Source: Pristiophorus japonicus
Lineage: Eukaryota
Direction: 5' to 3'
Length of the DNA: 64,000 nucleotides
Assembly: GCF_044704955.1 (NCBI RefSeq)
Contig: NC_091992.1
Location: 84,940,001-85,004,000 of the forward strand
In this document: one piece after another, positions 13,313-25,675 of the stretch
Layout of the letters: each line of letters starts with the position of its first letter
How positions within the stretch are numbered: the stretch's first letter is position 1
Translations under genes and position numbers: made by a program
Notes under the pieces: model-generated
Told to the model about the DNA's origin: nothing
The model's input: the letters and a program-made list of their open reading frames with translations, nothing else
Database searches by the model: none

Positions 13313-13552
13313 TATAATGCTTCTCATAAGGAGAACGTCTCCAAGCACACTCTTCCTGCTTTGTTGCTTTTGTCCTCTCCCGTCTGCCTCCTACCTACGT
13401 TGTTGACTTGCAAGGTCCATGCCACTGCTTGCACAGGGCTCCGGCCTCAGTACACACACTCTCAGTCATTGTCATCTCTGGGAATCTTGGCAGACATTTT
13501 GAACTCATGGTGCCAGTATCAGATTTAGGGTCAAGGAACCAGGGCAATAAAC

Positions 13553-14014
13553 AAAAAGAAGACTTGCATTTATATAGCGCCTTTCACAACCACCGTACAT
13601 CCCAAAGCGCTTTATAGCTAATGAAGTACTTTTGGGATGTAGTCATTGTTGTAATGTGTGAAATGTGGCAACTAATTTGTGCACAGCAAGCTCCCACAAA
13701 CAGTGATGTGATAATGACCAGATAATGACCAGATAACCTGTTTTTGTCATGTTGATTGAGGGATAAATATTGGTCAGGACACCGAGGATAACTCCCCTGA
13801 TCTTCTTCGAAATAGTGCCACAGGATCTTTTATGTCCACCTGAGAGAGCAGACAGGGTCTCGGTTTAACGTCTTATCTAAAAGACAGCACCTCCGACAGT
13901 GCAGCCCTTCACTGGAGTGTCAGCTTATGATTACGTGCTTAAGTCACTGGACTGGGACTTGAACCCACAACCTTCTGACTCAGAGGCAAGTGTGTTAACA
14001 ACTGGGCCGCAGTT
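13553..14014 (-). mobile_element. Deu-domain SINE (SacSINE1-like), near full length
   Basis: Reverse complement of the 12844-13312 family. Confidence 0.9.
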
Positions 14015-15331
14015 GAGGAATTTCCCAGGGCTCTGGGCCATGGACAGGGGTGTGGTACCATTAGCCTCTGTTAGTAACAGAAGTCATTCAAGGTAGGGGT
14101 AGGAGGAGGGAGTGGAGGGTTCCATGTCTTAGCCTCAGCCTGGGGACCCCATGAGTCTGAATCTGGAGCTGAATGTTGCCAGTAAATCTCGTAGCATTAC
14201 GGAACCTCCAGCTATTACAAACTACACAAATAATACCTGTTGTTCTGCTAATGTATTCTGTCCCTTTGCCAGCATAGAAATTGCACATTTCTAAATGATG
14301 GCCATGCCGGCATATTGTGAATTAAACAAATGTAATATTTTTCAGTTATATGCCTGTTATGAAAGTGATATCTACAGAAAACAGTTAACCAAAAATCATA
14401 ATTAAATATTTCGATCAAAATAACATCACATTTTGTGGTGATTGATCAGACTATTTTCCAAGCAACAGAATTACAGAACAATAGAATTGCAGTCACACAA
14501 ATTAGAGTGCAGCTATGTCACATGCTTTGTGCAATTACATTGAGTGGAGTTTTTTATTTAACTTCTTTGAATCTGAGCTTTTTGAATCAAAATTAAATTA
14601 AAACTAAATCTGTGTCTGCTGGAGAGTACAATGTAAACTCAATTTGGAAATGAAATGGAAACAGTCATTAGAATAAATAATTGGAATTAAATCACTCGAA
14701 GCAAATGATTTGAGGTTTTTTATCCCCTGATGAAACGCGATATGGACTTGATGAGTTGAATGGCTTTTTCTCATTCCTTGCTTGTTTAGCGATATTTTTA
14801 GTATCTTTTTTATATTCTGAGAAACAATTAAGAATTCGCAGAATAATTGGGGCTGCTGTTAGAACATATTATGGGGTGATTTGATTGAAGGTGTTTAATA
14901 TTATGAACGATGAGACAGAGTAGATAAAAGCAGGAGACTGAATTTTATTGGGGAGGTGGGTTGGAGGCAGGGAGCTCCGATGTGGGCAGGAAACCCGGGA
15001 GAACAAGTTTCCCGCAGGCCCTGCTGATTTTAACGGCAGGGCCTGATTTTCATGGGAAGTCTCTATTTCCCGCCTGCAGCCAGCCAGAATGAGAGGCAGG
15101 CTGGCTGCGGGCGGGTAGGCCTGTGGTGCTAGACCGCAAAGGAGGGATGGAGGGATCACAGTGGGGTCAGCCAGACGACGATCGGCTGGGGGGGTGGGGG
15201 GGGGAGAAAAGATCGGGGTCGGACCATTGGCCGGAGTGGGGGGTGCGGTGGGAAGAATGGATCGGGGCAGGACTCCTGAGCTACGAGGGGGGAAGAGGGG
15301 AGGGAGAAACGATTGGGACCAGCATCGTGAG

Positions 15332-18300
15332 TGTTATATATGTATACTTGTATTTACTCTGTACAGCCACCAGAGGGCTCATCCCCTGGAGTTCCAAGGG
15401 ATCCATAATCCCTTGGGAGAACAGGTATTTAAGCAGGCTTCACAGATTGGAGAGGCACTTTGGAGACCTGCAATAAAAGACCAAGGTCACACTTTACTTT
15501 GAGCTCACAGCATTCAGTCTGACTCTTTCTCCATACACAACAACTGGCGACGAGATACAGATAGCGAACCCAAAGATGCAGAGAACAGTGGGCATCCTGA
15601 AGAAATTCTCGGAGGGAGATGATTGGGAAACTTTTGTGGAGCGACTCGACCAATACTTCGTGGCCAACGAGCTAGATGGGGAAGATAGCGCTGCTAAATG
15701 AAGGGCGATTCTCCACACCGTCTGTGGGGCACCAACGTATGGACTCATGAAGAATCTGCTCACTCCAGCGAAACCCACGGAGAAATTGTACGACGATTTG
15801 TGCAAACTGGTCTGGGAGCATTTGAACCTGAAGGAAAGCGTTCTGATGGCAAGGTACCGGTTCTACACCTACAAAAGGTCTGAAGGCCAGGAAGTGGCGA
15901 GTTATGTCGCCGAGCTAAGACGCCTTGCAGGACATTGCGAATTTGAAGGACATTTGGAGCACATGCTCAGAGACTTTTTCGTACTTGGCATTGGCCATGA
16001 AACCATACTTGGCAAACTTTTGACTGTAGAGACCCCAATCTTGAGTAAGGCCATAGCGATAGCCCAGGCGTTCATTGCCACCAGTGACAATACTAAGCAA
16101 ATCTCTCAGCACACAAGTGCTGCTACAAGTACTGTGAACAAAGTGATGTTGTTTTCAAATCGTAACGTACAGGACAGGTCATACATGCCTGCAGCTACAC
16201 GTCCGCAGATGTCTCAGAGTCCACCATCAAGGGTGATGAATGCAAGGCCATTAACACCTTGTTGGCGCTGCGGGGATGATCATTGTTTCCATTCATGCCG
16301 ATACAAAGAGTACATTTGCAAGGGCTGTGGAACAATGGGACACCTCCAACGAGTGCGGAGGCGAGCTGCAAATCCTGTTAAACCTGCAAGCCACCATGTT
16401 GCAGAGGAGGACAGATCCACGGAGGATCACGATGAAACAGAATCTCTGATAGAGGAGGCAGATGTACATTGGGTGCACACATTCACCACGAATTGTCCCC
16501 CGATAATGCTGAATGTTGAAGTAAATGGACTCCCGGTGTCAATGGAGCTGGACACGGGCGCGAACCAGTCCATCATTGGCAAAAAGACTTTCGAAAGGTT
16601 GTGGTGCAACAAGGTCTCAAGGCCAGTCTTAATTCCAGTTCGCACGAAACTAAGAACTTGCACGAAAGAACTGATTCCTGTAATCGGCAGTACTACCGTA
16701 AAGGTCTTCTACGATGGAGTGGTGCACAAGCTACCACTCTGGGTGGTACCGGGCGATAGTCCCTCGTTGCTTAGCAGGAGCTGGCTGGGAAAGATACGCT
16801 GGAACTGGGACGACATCCGAGCGCTATTGCCCACTGACGACACTTCGTGTGCCTAGGTCTTAAACAAATTTCCTTCGCTATTCGAACCAGGCATCAGGAA
16901 ATTCCAAGGAGCAAAAGTGCAGATCCACCTAATTCCATTGGCGTGTCCCATCCATCAAAAGGTGAGAGCAGTACCGTACATGATGAGAGAAAGGGTAGAG
17001 ATCGAGCTAGACCCTCAAAGAGAGGGCATCATTTCAACGATTGAGTTCAAAGAGTGGGTCAGTCCTATCGTCCCAGTCCTCAAGGGAGATGGCACCGTCA
17101 GAATCTGTGGCGATTACAAAGTAACTGTCAATCGTTTCTCCCTGCAGGACCAATATCCACCACCAAAGGCCGACGACCTCTTTGTGATGCTGGCGGGAGG
17201 AAAGATGTTCACGAAGCTGGATCTGACTTCAGCCTACATGACGCAGGAACTGGAGGAATCATCGAAGGCCCTCACCTGCATCAATACGCACAAAGGTCTT
17301 TTTGTTTATAACAGATGCCCGTTTGGAATCCAAACAGTGGCGGCAATATTCCAGAGAAACATGGAAAGCTTACTGAAGTCGGTCCCGCACACCGTGGTCT
17401 TCCAGGACGACATCTTGGTCACAGGTCGGAACACAGTTGAGCATCTGCAGAACCTGGAGGAGGTTCTTAGTCGACTCAACCGCGTGGAGCTCAGGTTAAA
17501 AGGCTCGAAGTGCGTTTTCCTGGCGCCTGAAGTGGAGTTCCTGGGAAGGAGGTTTGCGGCGGACGGTATCAGGCCCACCAACGCGAAGACGGAGGCAATC
17601 AAGAATGCACCGTGGTCACAGAATGTGATGGAGCTGCGGTCGTTTCTGGGACGCCTGAACTACTTCGGTAACTTCTTACCGAGTCTCAGCACATCGTTAG
17701 AACCACTACATGTCTTACTACGAAAAGGGGATGAATGGGTTTGGGGAAAAAGCCAAGAAAATGCCTTTGTCAAAGCGAGAAAATTGTTATGATCAAACAA
17801 ATTGCTTGTGTTGTATAATTCATGTAAGTGTTTAGTACTAGCATGTGATGCGTCATCATATGGCGTGGGTATGTATTGCAACAAGCTAATGATTTTGGGA
17901 AACTGCAACCGGTTACTTATGCATCCAGGAGTCTGTCTAAGGCTGAGAGAGCCTACAGCATGATTGAGAAAGAAGCGTTAGCGTGTGTCTATGGGGTAAA
18001 GAAAATGCATCAATACCTGTTTGGGCTAAAATTCGAATTGGAAACTGACCATAAGCCACTTATATCCCTGTTCTTCGAGAGTAAAGGGATAAATATCAAC
18101 GCATCGGCCCGCATCCAGAGATGGACGCTCACATTGTCCGCATACAACTATGCCATCCGCCACAGGCCAGGCACAGAAAATGTGCCGATGTTCTCAGTAG
18201 GCTGCCATTGCCCGCCACGGGGGTGGAAATGGCGCAGCCCGCAGATCTAGCCATGGTTAGGGAAGCATTTGAGAGTGAGCAATCACCTGTCACTGCCTGG

Positions 18301-19657
18301 CAGATCAAAACCTGGACAAGCCAGGACCCCTTATTATCTCTAGTCAAAAGCTTTGTGCTTCATGGGAGCTGGTCCAGGGTCCTAGTGGAAATGCAGGAAG
18401 AGATAAAGCCATTCCAGTGGTGCAAAGATGAAATGTCTATACAAGCAGACTGCCTTCTGTGGGCCAATGGAATAGTGGTCCCCAAGAAGGACAGAGACAC
18501 CTTCATCAGTGACCTCCACAGTACCCACCCAGGCATCATAATGATGAAAGCGATAGCCAGATCACATGTGTGGTGGCCCGGTATCGATGCAGACTGCGTT
18601 CACAGATGTAATACATGCTCGCAGTTAAGCAATGTACCCAGGGAGGCGTCGCTAAGTTTATGGTCTTGGCCCTCCAAACCGTGGTCTAGGGTACACGTTG
18701 ATTATGCAGGCCCATTCTTGGGTAAAATGTTCCTTGTGGTTGTAGACGCATACTCCAAGTGGGTTGAATGTGAGATAATGTCGGCTAGCACGTCCGCTGC
18801 CACTACTGAAAGCCTGCGGGCCATGTTTGCCACACACGGCTTACCCGATGTCCTGGTGAGCGACAACGGGTCATGTTTTACCAGTGCTGAGTTCAAAGAA
18901 TTCATGATCCGTAACGGGATCAACATTTAAACCAGCATCCAATGGTCAGGCAGAGAGAGCAGTGCAAACCATCAAGCAAGGCTTGAAGAGTGTAACTGAA
19001 TGCTCACTGCAGACTCGCCTATCCTGAGTCTTGCTTAGCTACCGCACGAGTCCCCACTCACTCACTGGGATCCCACCTGCTGAACTACTCATGAAAAGAG
19101 CATTAAGACAAGGCTCTCGTTAGTTCACCCTGATTTTACATGAACAGGTAGAGAGCAAGCGGCTTCAACAAAGTGCATACCATGATAGCGCAAATGTATC
19201 ACGCGAGACTGAAATCAATGATCCTGTATTTGTATTAAATTATGGACAAGGTCCCAAGTGGCTTCCCGGCACTGTTGTGGCCAAAGAGGGGAGCAGGTTG
19301 TTTTGGGTCAAACTTTCAAATGGACTCATTCACCGGAAACACTTGGACCAAATCAAACTCAGATTCACGGACTACCTTGAGCAACTTACCTTGGACCCAA
19401 CTTTTTTGATCCCCCAACATACACACCAGTGGCAACCGGCACCACGGTTGACCATGAAGCAGAACCCATCATCCACAGCAGCCCAGCAGGACCCAACGCA
19501 CCAGGCAGCCCAACAAGGCCAGCTGCACAGCAGCCCAGCGAGGGCCCAACAAATGATTCAACAACACCAGCTTTCACACCGAGACGATTAATCAGGGCAA
19601 GAAGGGCCCCAGATTGACTCACATTGTAAATAGTTACACTATTGACTTTGGCGGGTG
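15332..19657 (+). mobile_element. Gypsy (Mag-like) LTR retrotransposon E1, 3' LTR missing
   Basis: 5' LTR 15332-15542 (TGTT...AACA, AATAAA); PBS TGGCGACGAG 15545-15554; gag-pro-RT-RNaseH-integrase; PPT-like tract ~19647-19657. Confidence 0.95.
15576..19628 (+). pseudogene. Disrupted gag-pol of E1
   Basis: Two Cys knuckles (CWRCGDDH, CKGCGTMGHL), protease ELDTGA, RT RICGDYK and FQDD, RNaseH DAS/TDHKPL, integrase HSTHPG, HVDYAGP, VSDNG; several stops and frameshifts. Confidence 0.93.
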
Positions 19658-22305
19658 TGGTGTATGTAGCACACAAATCACTGACTCCACACAGTCTGGT
19701 GTAAGTCTAACTGCTGTGACCTTCGTCCTTTATTGTTCAGCTCCAGAGTGCCTCCCAGGTGTGGTGGTCACCCTTATATAGTCCTTCTTACAGGTACTAC
19801 CAGGGTTTCCCACCGCAGCACCCTCTGTGGTGTGGCATAGTACTTACATTACATTTAAGGTACTGGGACGATACACACACCATTACATAACATCACCTTC
19901 CCCCCCCACCTGGACGCAGGACAACGATACACACATCATTACATAACATCACACTTGTCCAACGGAAGGCAGGTGGGCATAGACAGTGCGTTAGTATGGT
20001 ACATATTATCTGGTACATTAACTGGTTATTGATTGGTAGCGGAACCTTGATTTCCTTGTTAACCGTTATCATTAATTGTACTTCATCCATTATTTTACAC
20101 AAATACAGTGGCCATTCAGCAGAAAAAAAGTAATTCTTATTATAAATTCACTATCTCACATTAACATAGCTCATTTTAGACTCGCTCTGCCAAACAGAAG
20201 TCCTTTGTGGGGACCACCTCTTTGTAAGGCCCTTTTAAGACTCCCGAGTGCATTTCCTCTTTTAGGCGCCATCTTTGATGCAGGAGGATTCCACGAGGCT
20301 TCTCCTTGGGCGCCGCCATCTTTGATGCTCTGCAGATCCGACACGATGCCGCCGCCATCTTCTTCTCCGCCGCTCCGAATGCCCTCCGCCGCCGCAGCCT
20401 CCGCTCCCCTCCGCTGCCACCTGACTTGCCGCCTCTCCAGCGGCCGCACTTGCCGCGTCCCCCGCGGCCTCCGTAGTGGCCTCCCCTGCGGCTGCCATGG
20501 CCGCCGACCGACGCTACCAGCTCCTCTGCGGGGCCTCTTCCTCTGCGGGACCCTTCCGAACCGCCGGCCCCTGGATCCCTCAGCACCCCGCCCGCAGCGC
20601 CCCGCCGACTCAACCCCCACCCCCCCTTGGGCCCCTCTGTGCAGGGCTGCTTGCCTGTGGGGGCTGAGGCTGCAGGGTCTCTGTGTGAGATCCGGGCCTG
20701 GGACTTGCCTGTGAGGGCTGGGGCTGCAGGATCTCTGTGTGAGGTCCGGGCCTGGGGCTTGCCTGTGGGGGGATTGAGGCTGCAGGATCTCTGTGTGAGA
20801 TCCGGGCCTGGGACTTGCCTGTGGGGGCTGAGGCTGCAGGATCTCTGTGTGAGGTCCGGGCCTGGGGCTTGCCTGTGGGGGGATTGAGGCTGCAGGATCT
20901 CTGTGTGAGGTCCGGGCCTGGGGCTTGCCTGTGGGGGGATTGAGGCTGCAGGATCTCTGTGTGAGGTCCGGGGCTGGGACTTGCCTGTGGGGGGATTGAG
21001 GCTGCAGGATCTCTGTGTGAGGTCCGGGGCTGGGACTTGCCTGTGGGTGGATTGAGGCTGCAGCTCCAGCTCGGTCGGCGCTGCTCTCTGGGGACCCGGG
21101 GCACGGCAGCACCCCGGGGAGCAGCAGCCTGTGGAGGAATTAAGTCTTCCCAGCTCCCACGGACCTTCCCCATCCACCTCCGGCCGAGGAGTGTCAGCCC
21201 ATCGCCTGCAACGACCCACAAAGGTAAAGCGTGCGTCCCGTCCCGGTGGGATACCTGCACCATCGCTCTGCCGAGAACAGGTATTAGTTCCTGGTGTAGG
21301 TACGCAGCTTCGCCGTGACCGGGACCAGCTTGGGTCGTGCAGCTGGGTTAATCCACAGTTTATCAAAAGTTCTCCGACTCATCAACGACGGACCCGAGCC
21401 CGTGTCCACTTCCATAGTCACAGGGACTCCGTTGATTTTTACTTCACTTATCACTGGGGGCGAATCGTCGGTGCACGTATACAGTCCAAGCACCTCATCA
21501 TCTTCTGCTTGCTCCTCGCTGGATGATGGATCATCCCCCATCTCCCCAGCCACACGGTGAGTCCGATTTCTTTTACACATACGCTGAAGGTGGCCTTTAA
21601 CGTGGCAGGTATTGCACGTGTACTCCGCAAACCTGCACCGGTGAGCCCCATGGCTTCCTCCACAGCGCCAGCATGGTGCTGGTTGATTGACCCCCCTCGG
21701 CGGACTCTGAGCTCCAGGATCCCGAGGTCCGTGCTCTCTGCCCCGGGCAGAGCCACGTTCTGCAGTTTTGTCCGTGGTGGGCGCTATCCTGTGGACAGTG
21801 CCTGCCAGGTTCGAGACTGTGTGGATTATTTGCTTGGTGCTGCAAGTCGAGGTCATATATGCCCGGCTGATGGCGATGGCCTTTGTCAGAGTGACTGTGG
21901 GTTTCGTGGCCAGCAGCTTGTGAAGGAGGTCCTTGTGGCCAATCCCCATAACAAAAACGTCCCGCAAAGCCTCGTCAAGGTGTGCCCCAAAATCACACGG
22001 CGCCGCGAGTCTCCTGAGGTCTGCAGCATATTTGGTGAAATCCTGACCCTCAGGTCTGCAGTGATGGTAAAATTTGTATCTGGCCGTGAGGATGCTCTCC
22101 TTCGGTTTAAACTGGTCACGAATGAGTTCAGTCAGCTCCTCGTATGACTTGTTCCTGGCGCTCCCAGTTGCCAGCAAATCCCTGACGAGACAGTAAACCT
22201 CATCTCCACAACTGGAGAGCAATATCGGCTTATGCTTCTCTCTCATTGCGTACGTGTCCTCCGTCAGGTCATTTGCTGTGAAGTAGTACTCGAGCCTTCC
22301 GATGA
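19658..22305 (-). mobile_element. Gypsy-derived element E2: gag-protease only, GC-rich extension, PPT and 3' LTR
   Basis: LTR 19658-19892 (TGTTATG...CATACACCA on minus; TATATAA and AATAAA); PPT 19893-19910; ORF 21284..22246 with two CCHC knuckles and EVDTGS; no RT, RNaseH or integrase. Confidence 0.9.
20650..21063. repeat. Minisatellite, ~7.5 copies of a 54/56-bp unit, inside E2
   Basis: CTTGCCTGTG recurs at 20650, 20704, 20758, 20814, 20868, 20924, 20980, 21036. Confidence 0.95.
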
Positions 22306-25300
22306 AAAAGCATCCACCACCACCAGGAACATTTTACCGAGAAACGGGCCCGCATAGTCAACATGGATCCTCACCATAGTCTGGAGGGCCAGGATCACAA
22401 ACTTCTCTGGGCACGTTGCTCAACTGAGCACACACGCTGCATTGCTGTACACAGGACTCTAAGTCAGAGTCGATACCGGGCCACCACACGTGGGATCTGG
22501 CTATCGCTTTCATCATCACTATACCCAGGTGTGTGCTGTGGAGATCCGAGATGAACGTCTCCCTGCCCTTTTTGGGTAGCACTATGTGGTTACCCCACAA
22601 CAGGCAATCTGCCTGAATGGACAGCTCGTCCTTTCGCCGCTGGTACGGCTTGATTGGCTCTTGCATTTCAATGGGGATGCTGGCCCAGCTCCCATGCAGT
22701 ACACAGTTTTTTTACTAGGGACAGCAGAGGATCTTGGCTGGTCCAAATCCTAATCTGGCGGGCCGTGACAGGTGATTTGCCATTTTCAAATGCTTCCATG
22801 ACCATCAACAAGTCTGCGGGCTGCGCCACCATCAACAATTTGCAGGCTGCGCCATTTCCACCCCGTGGTGGGTAATGGTAGCCGACTGAGAGCATCCACA
22901 CAGTTCTCGGAGCCTGGCCTGTGGCGGATGGTATAGTTATACGCTGATAGTGCGAGTGCCCACCTTTGTATGCAGGCTGAGGCATTAGTATTTATCCCCT
23001 TGTTTTCAGCGAACAGGGATATGAGGGGCTTGTGATCGGTTTCCAGCTCAAATTTGAGGCCAAACACGTACTGATGCATTTTCTTTACCGAACACACATG
23101 CTAATGCCTCTTTCTCAATCATGCTGTCGGTCCTCTCGGCCTTAGACAAGCTCCTGGAGGCATAGGCGACAGGTTGCAACTTCCCCGCAACATTAGCTTG
23201 TTGTAATGCACACACAACTCCATACGACGACACGTCACATGCTAGCACGAGTCTTTTACACGGGTTATACAATACAAGCAGCTTGTTGGAGTATAAAATG
23301 TTTCTGGCTTTCTCAAAAGCAATTACTTGGTTTTTTTCCCCATACCCAGTTCTCACCTTTACGTAATAACACATATAGAGGCTCTAAAAGGTGCTTAACC
23401 CAGGTAGGAAGTTATCAAAATAGTTGAGGAGTCCCAGGAACGACTGCAGCTCCGTGACGTTCTGTGGCCTGGGCGCATTCCTGATAGCCTCTGTCTTGGC
23501 ATCTGTGGGCCGAATGCCATCCGCCGCGATCTTTCTCCCCAAAAACTCTACTTCTGTTGACATGAAGACGCATTTCAACCTCTTCAGCCGCAGCCCGACA
23601 CGATCTAGTTTTTGTGGATGCTCGACGATGTCCCAACCCGTGACCAATATGTCGTCCTGAAAAACCAGCCGACCGAATTCCAGACGGACATCTGTTGTAG
23701 ATGAACAGTCCCTTGTGCGTGTTGATGCAGGTGAGGCCCTTCGAAGACTCCTCCAGCTCTTGCGTCACATAGGCCGAAGTCAGGTTCAGCTTGGTGAATG
23801 TCTTGCCTCCTGCCAGCGTCGCAAATAGGTCGTCTGCCTTAGGTAGCGGGTATTGGTCTTGTAGCGAGAAACGATTAATAGTTAATTTATAATCGCCGCA
23901 AATCCTGACCGTGCCATCACTTTTGAGTACTGGAACAATCGGGCTGGCCCACTCGCTGAATTCCACTGGGGAGATGATGCCCTTGCGTTGCAGCCTGTCC
24001 AGCTCGATTTCCCCTCTCTTCCTCATCATGTGAAGTATCGCTCGCGCCTTGTGGTGAATGGGTCATGCCTCTGGGACCAAGTGGATCCGCACCTTTGCCC
24101 CGGAAAAGTTGCCAATGCCTGGCTCAAAAAGGGAAGGAAATTTGTTAAGAACATGGGTACATGAGGCCTCATCGACATGTGATAGTGCTCAGATGTCATC
24201 CCAGTTCCAGCGGATTTTGCCCAGCCAGCTCCTTCCAAGCAGTGTGGTGATATCGCCCGGGTCAATCCAGAGTGGCAGCCCTCAGAGCTGACCTTGACCA
24301 TGGCGCTGCCCAGGACAGTGATGAGCTCTTTGGTGTACCTTCTCAGTTTCGTGTGGATGGGGCTCAGGGCTGGCCTGAGTGCTTGTTGCACTACAATCTC
24401 TCAAACATCTTTTTACTCATGATGGATTGGCTAGCACCAGTGTCCAGTTCCATGGCTGTGGGTAAGCCATTCAGTTTTACATTTAGCATTGTAGGTGGAC
24501 ATTTAATCAAAAATGTGTGCACCCCATGTACTTCAGCATCTGCCTCCTCTCACTGAGGCTCGAATTTGCTTTGCTCCACTATGGACCGATCTGCCTCTGC
24601 CACGTGGTGGTTAACAGGTTTTGCAGAGCTGCAAGCTCGTTGGAGGTGCCCCATTGTTCCACAGCTCTTGCAAACATACCCTTTGAAGCGGCATGAATAG
24701 GCTGAATGGAAGCCTCCACAACGCCAACAAGGTGTGAATTGCTTTGCAGTCATCCTTTGTTGCGGACACTGAGTCATCTGCGTCACCTGAGGCCTGCTGG
24801 CAGTTGCAGACTCGTGGTTTCTGCCCTGTACATTTCTGCTCGCAAACACAGTTGCAGTTAATTTATGAACATTGCTAGCACTTGTGTGCTGAGAGGTTTG
24901 TTTGGTGTTATCAGTGGTGGACATAAACGCCTGTGCTATTGCAATGGCCTTACTGAGGGTTGGTGTCTCTACAGTCAAAAGTTTTCGTAGGATGGTCTTG
25001 TGGCCAATGCCCAGTACAAAAAAGTCTCTGAGCATTTGCTCCAGGTAGCCATCAAACTCACATTGTCCTGCAAGTCGCCTTAGCTCGGCGTCATAGCTCG
25101 CAACTTCCTGACCTTCAGATCGCTGGCATGTGTAAAACCGATACCTCGCCATCAGCACACTCTCCCTTGGGTTAAGATGCTCCCGAACCAGTGTACACAG
25201 CTCCTCATATGACTTATCTGTGGGTTCACCGGAGCCAGAAGATTCTTCATGAAGCTGTAGGTCGGTGCCCCGCAGATGCTGGGATCCCTTGGGACTTCAA

Positions 25301-25356
25301 GGGATGAGCTCCCTGGTGGCGGAACATAGGAGTGCATGCTTTACAGATACACAACA
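22306..25356 (-). mobile_element. Gypsy (Mag-like) element E3, deleted at both ends
   Basis: 5' LTR remnant ~25275-25356 (starts TGTTGTGTAT, resembles the E1 LTR) joined directly to gag CGAPTY; protease, RT (FQDD 23651-23662), RNaseH and integrase up to VVVDAF. Confidence 0.93.
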
Positions 25357-25675
25357 CAAAGAGCTGTATGCTTGCCTTACTTCGGGCTCTGAGGATGCAG
25401 TCAAGTGGAGGAAAGCCACTGTTGACTTGTGCCAGTGTTTAAAACTGGGGGCAGTTTGGACCCGTGCATGGGTGAATATCTGAACTTTTTTTAGGTGCTT
25501 AAAGGATTGTATTATTATCCAGGATAGAAATGCTATAGGGTTAAAATGGAAGGGTGCTTGAGAGATCTTATTTTTGTATTGGCAATTTAGATGCACGTTT
25601 CTAAGATGGCAGCTCCACAGGTGTAATCATGCAGCTTTGAAATTACAGCTTCCTCTGTTTTTGACCTCGTCACGT

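Noticed and set aside
20650-21063. Regular repeats that could be taken for a CRISPR array
   Set aside because: Units are contiguous with no unique spacers, there are no cas genes, and the context is eukaryotic
20171-21366. Long ORFs of 313 and 396 aa as a host gene
   Set aside because: They lie inside LTR element E2 and stay open because the GC-rich repeat lacks stops; 56-bp units rotate the frame
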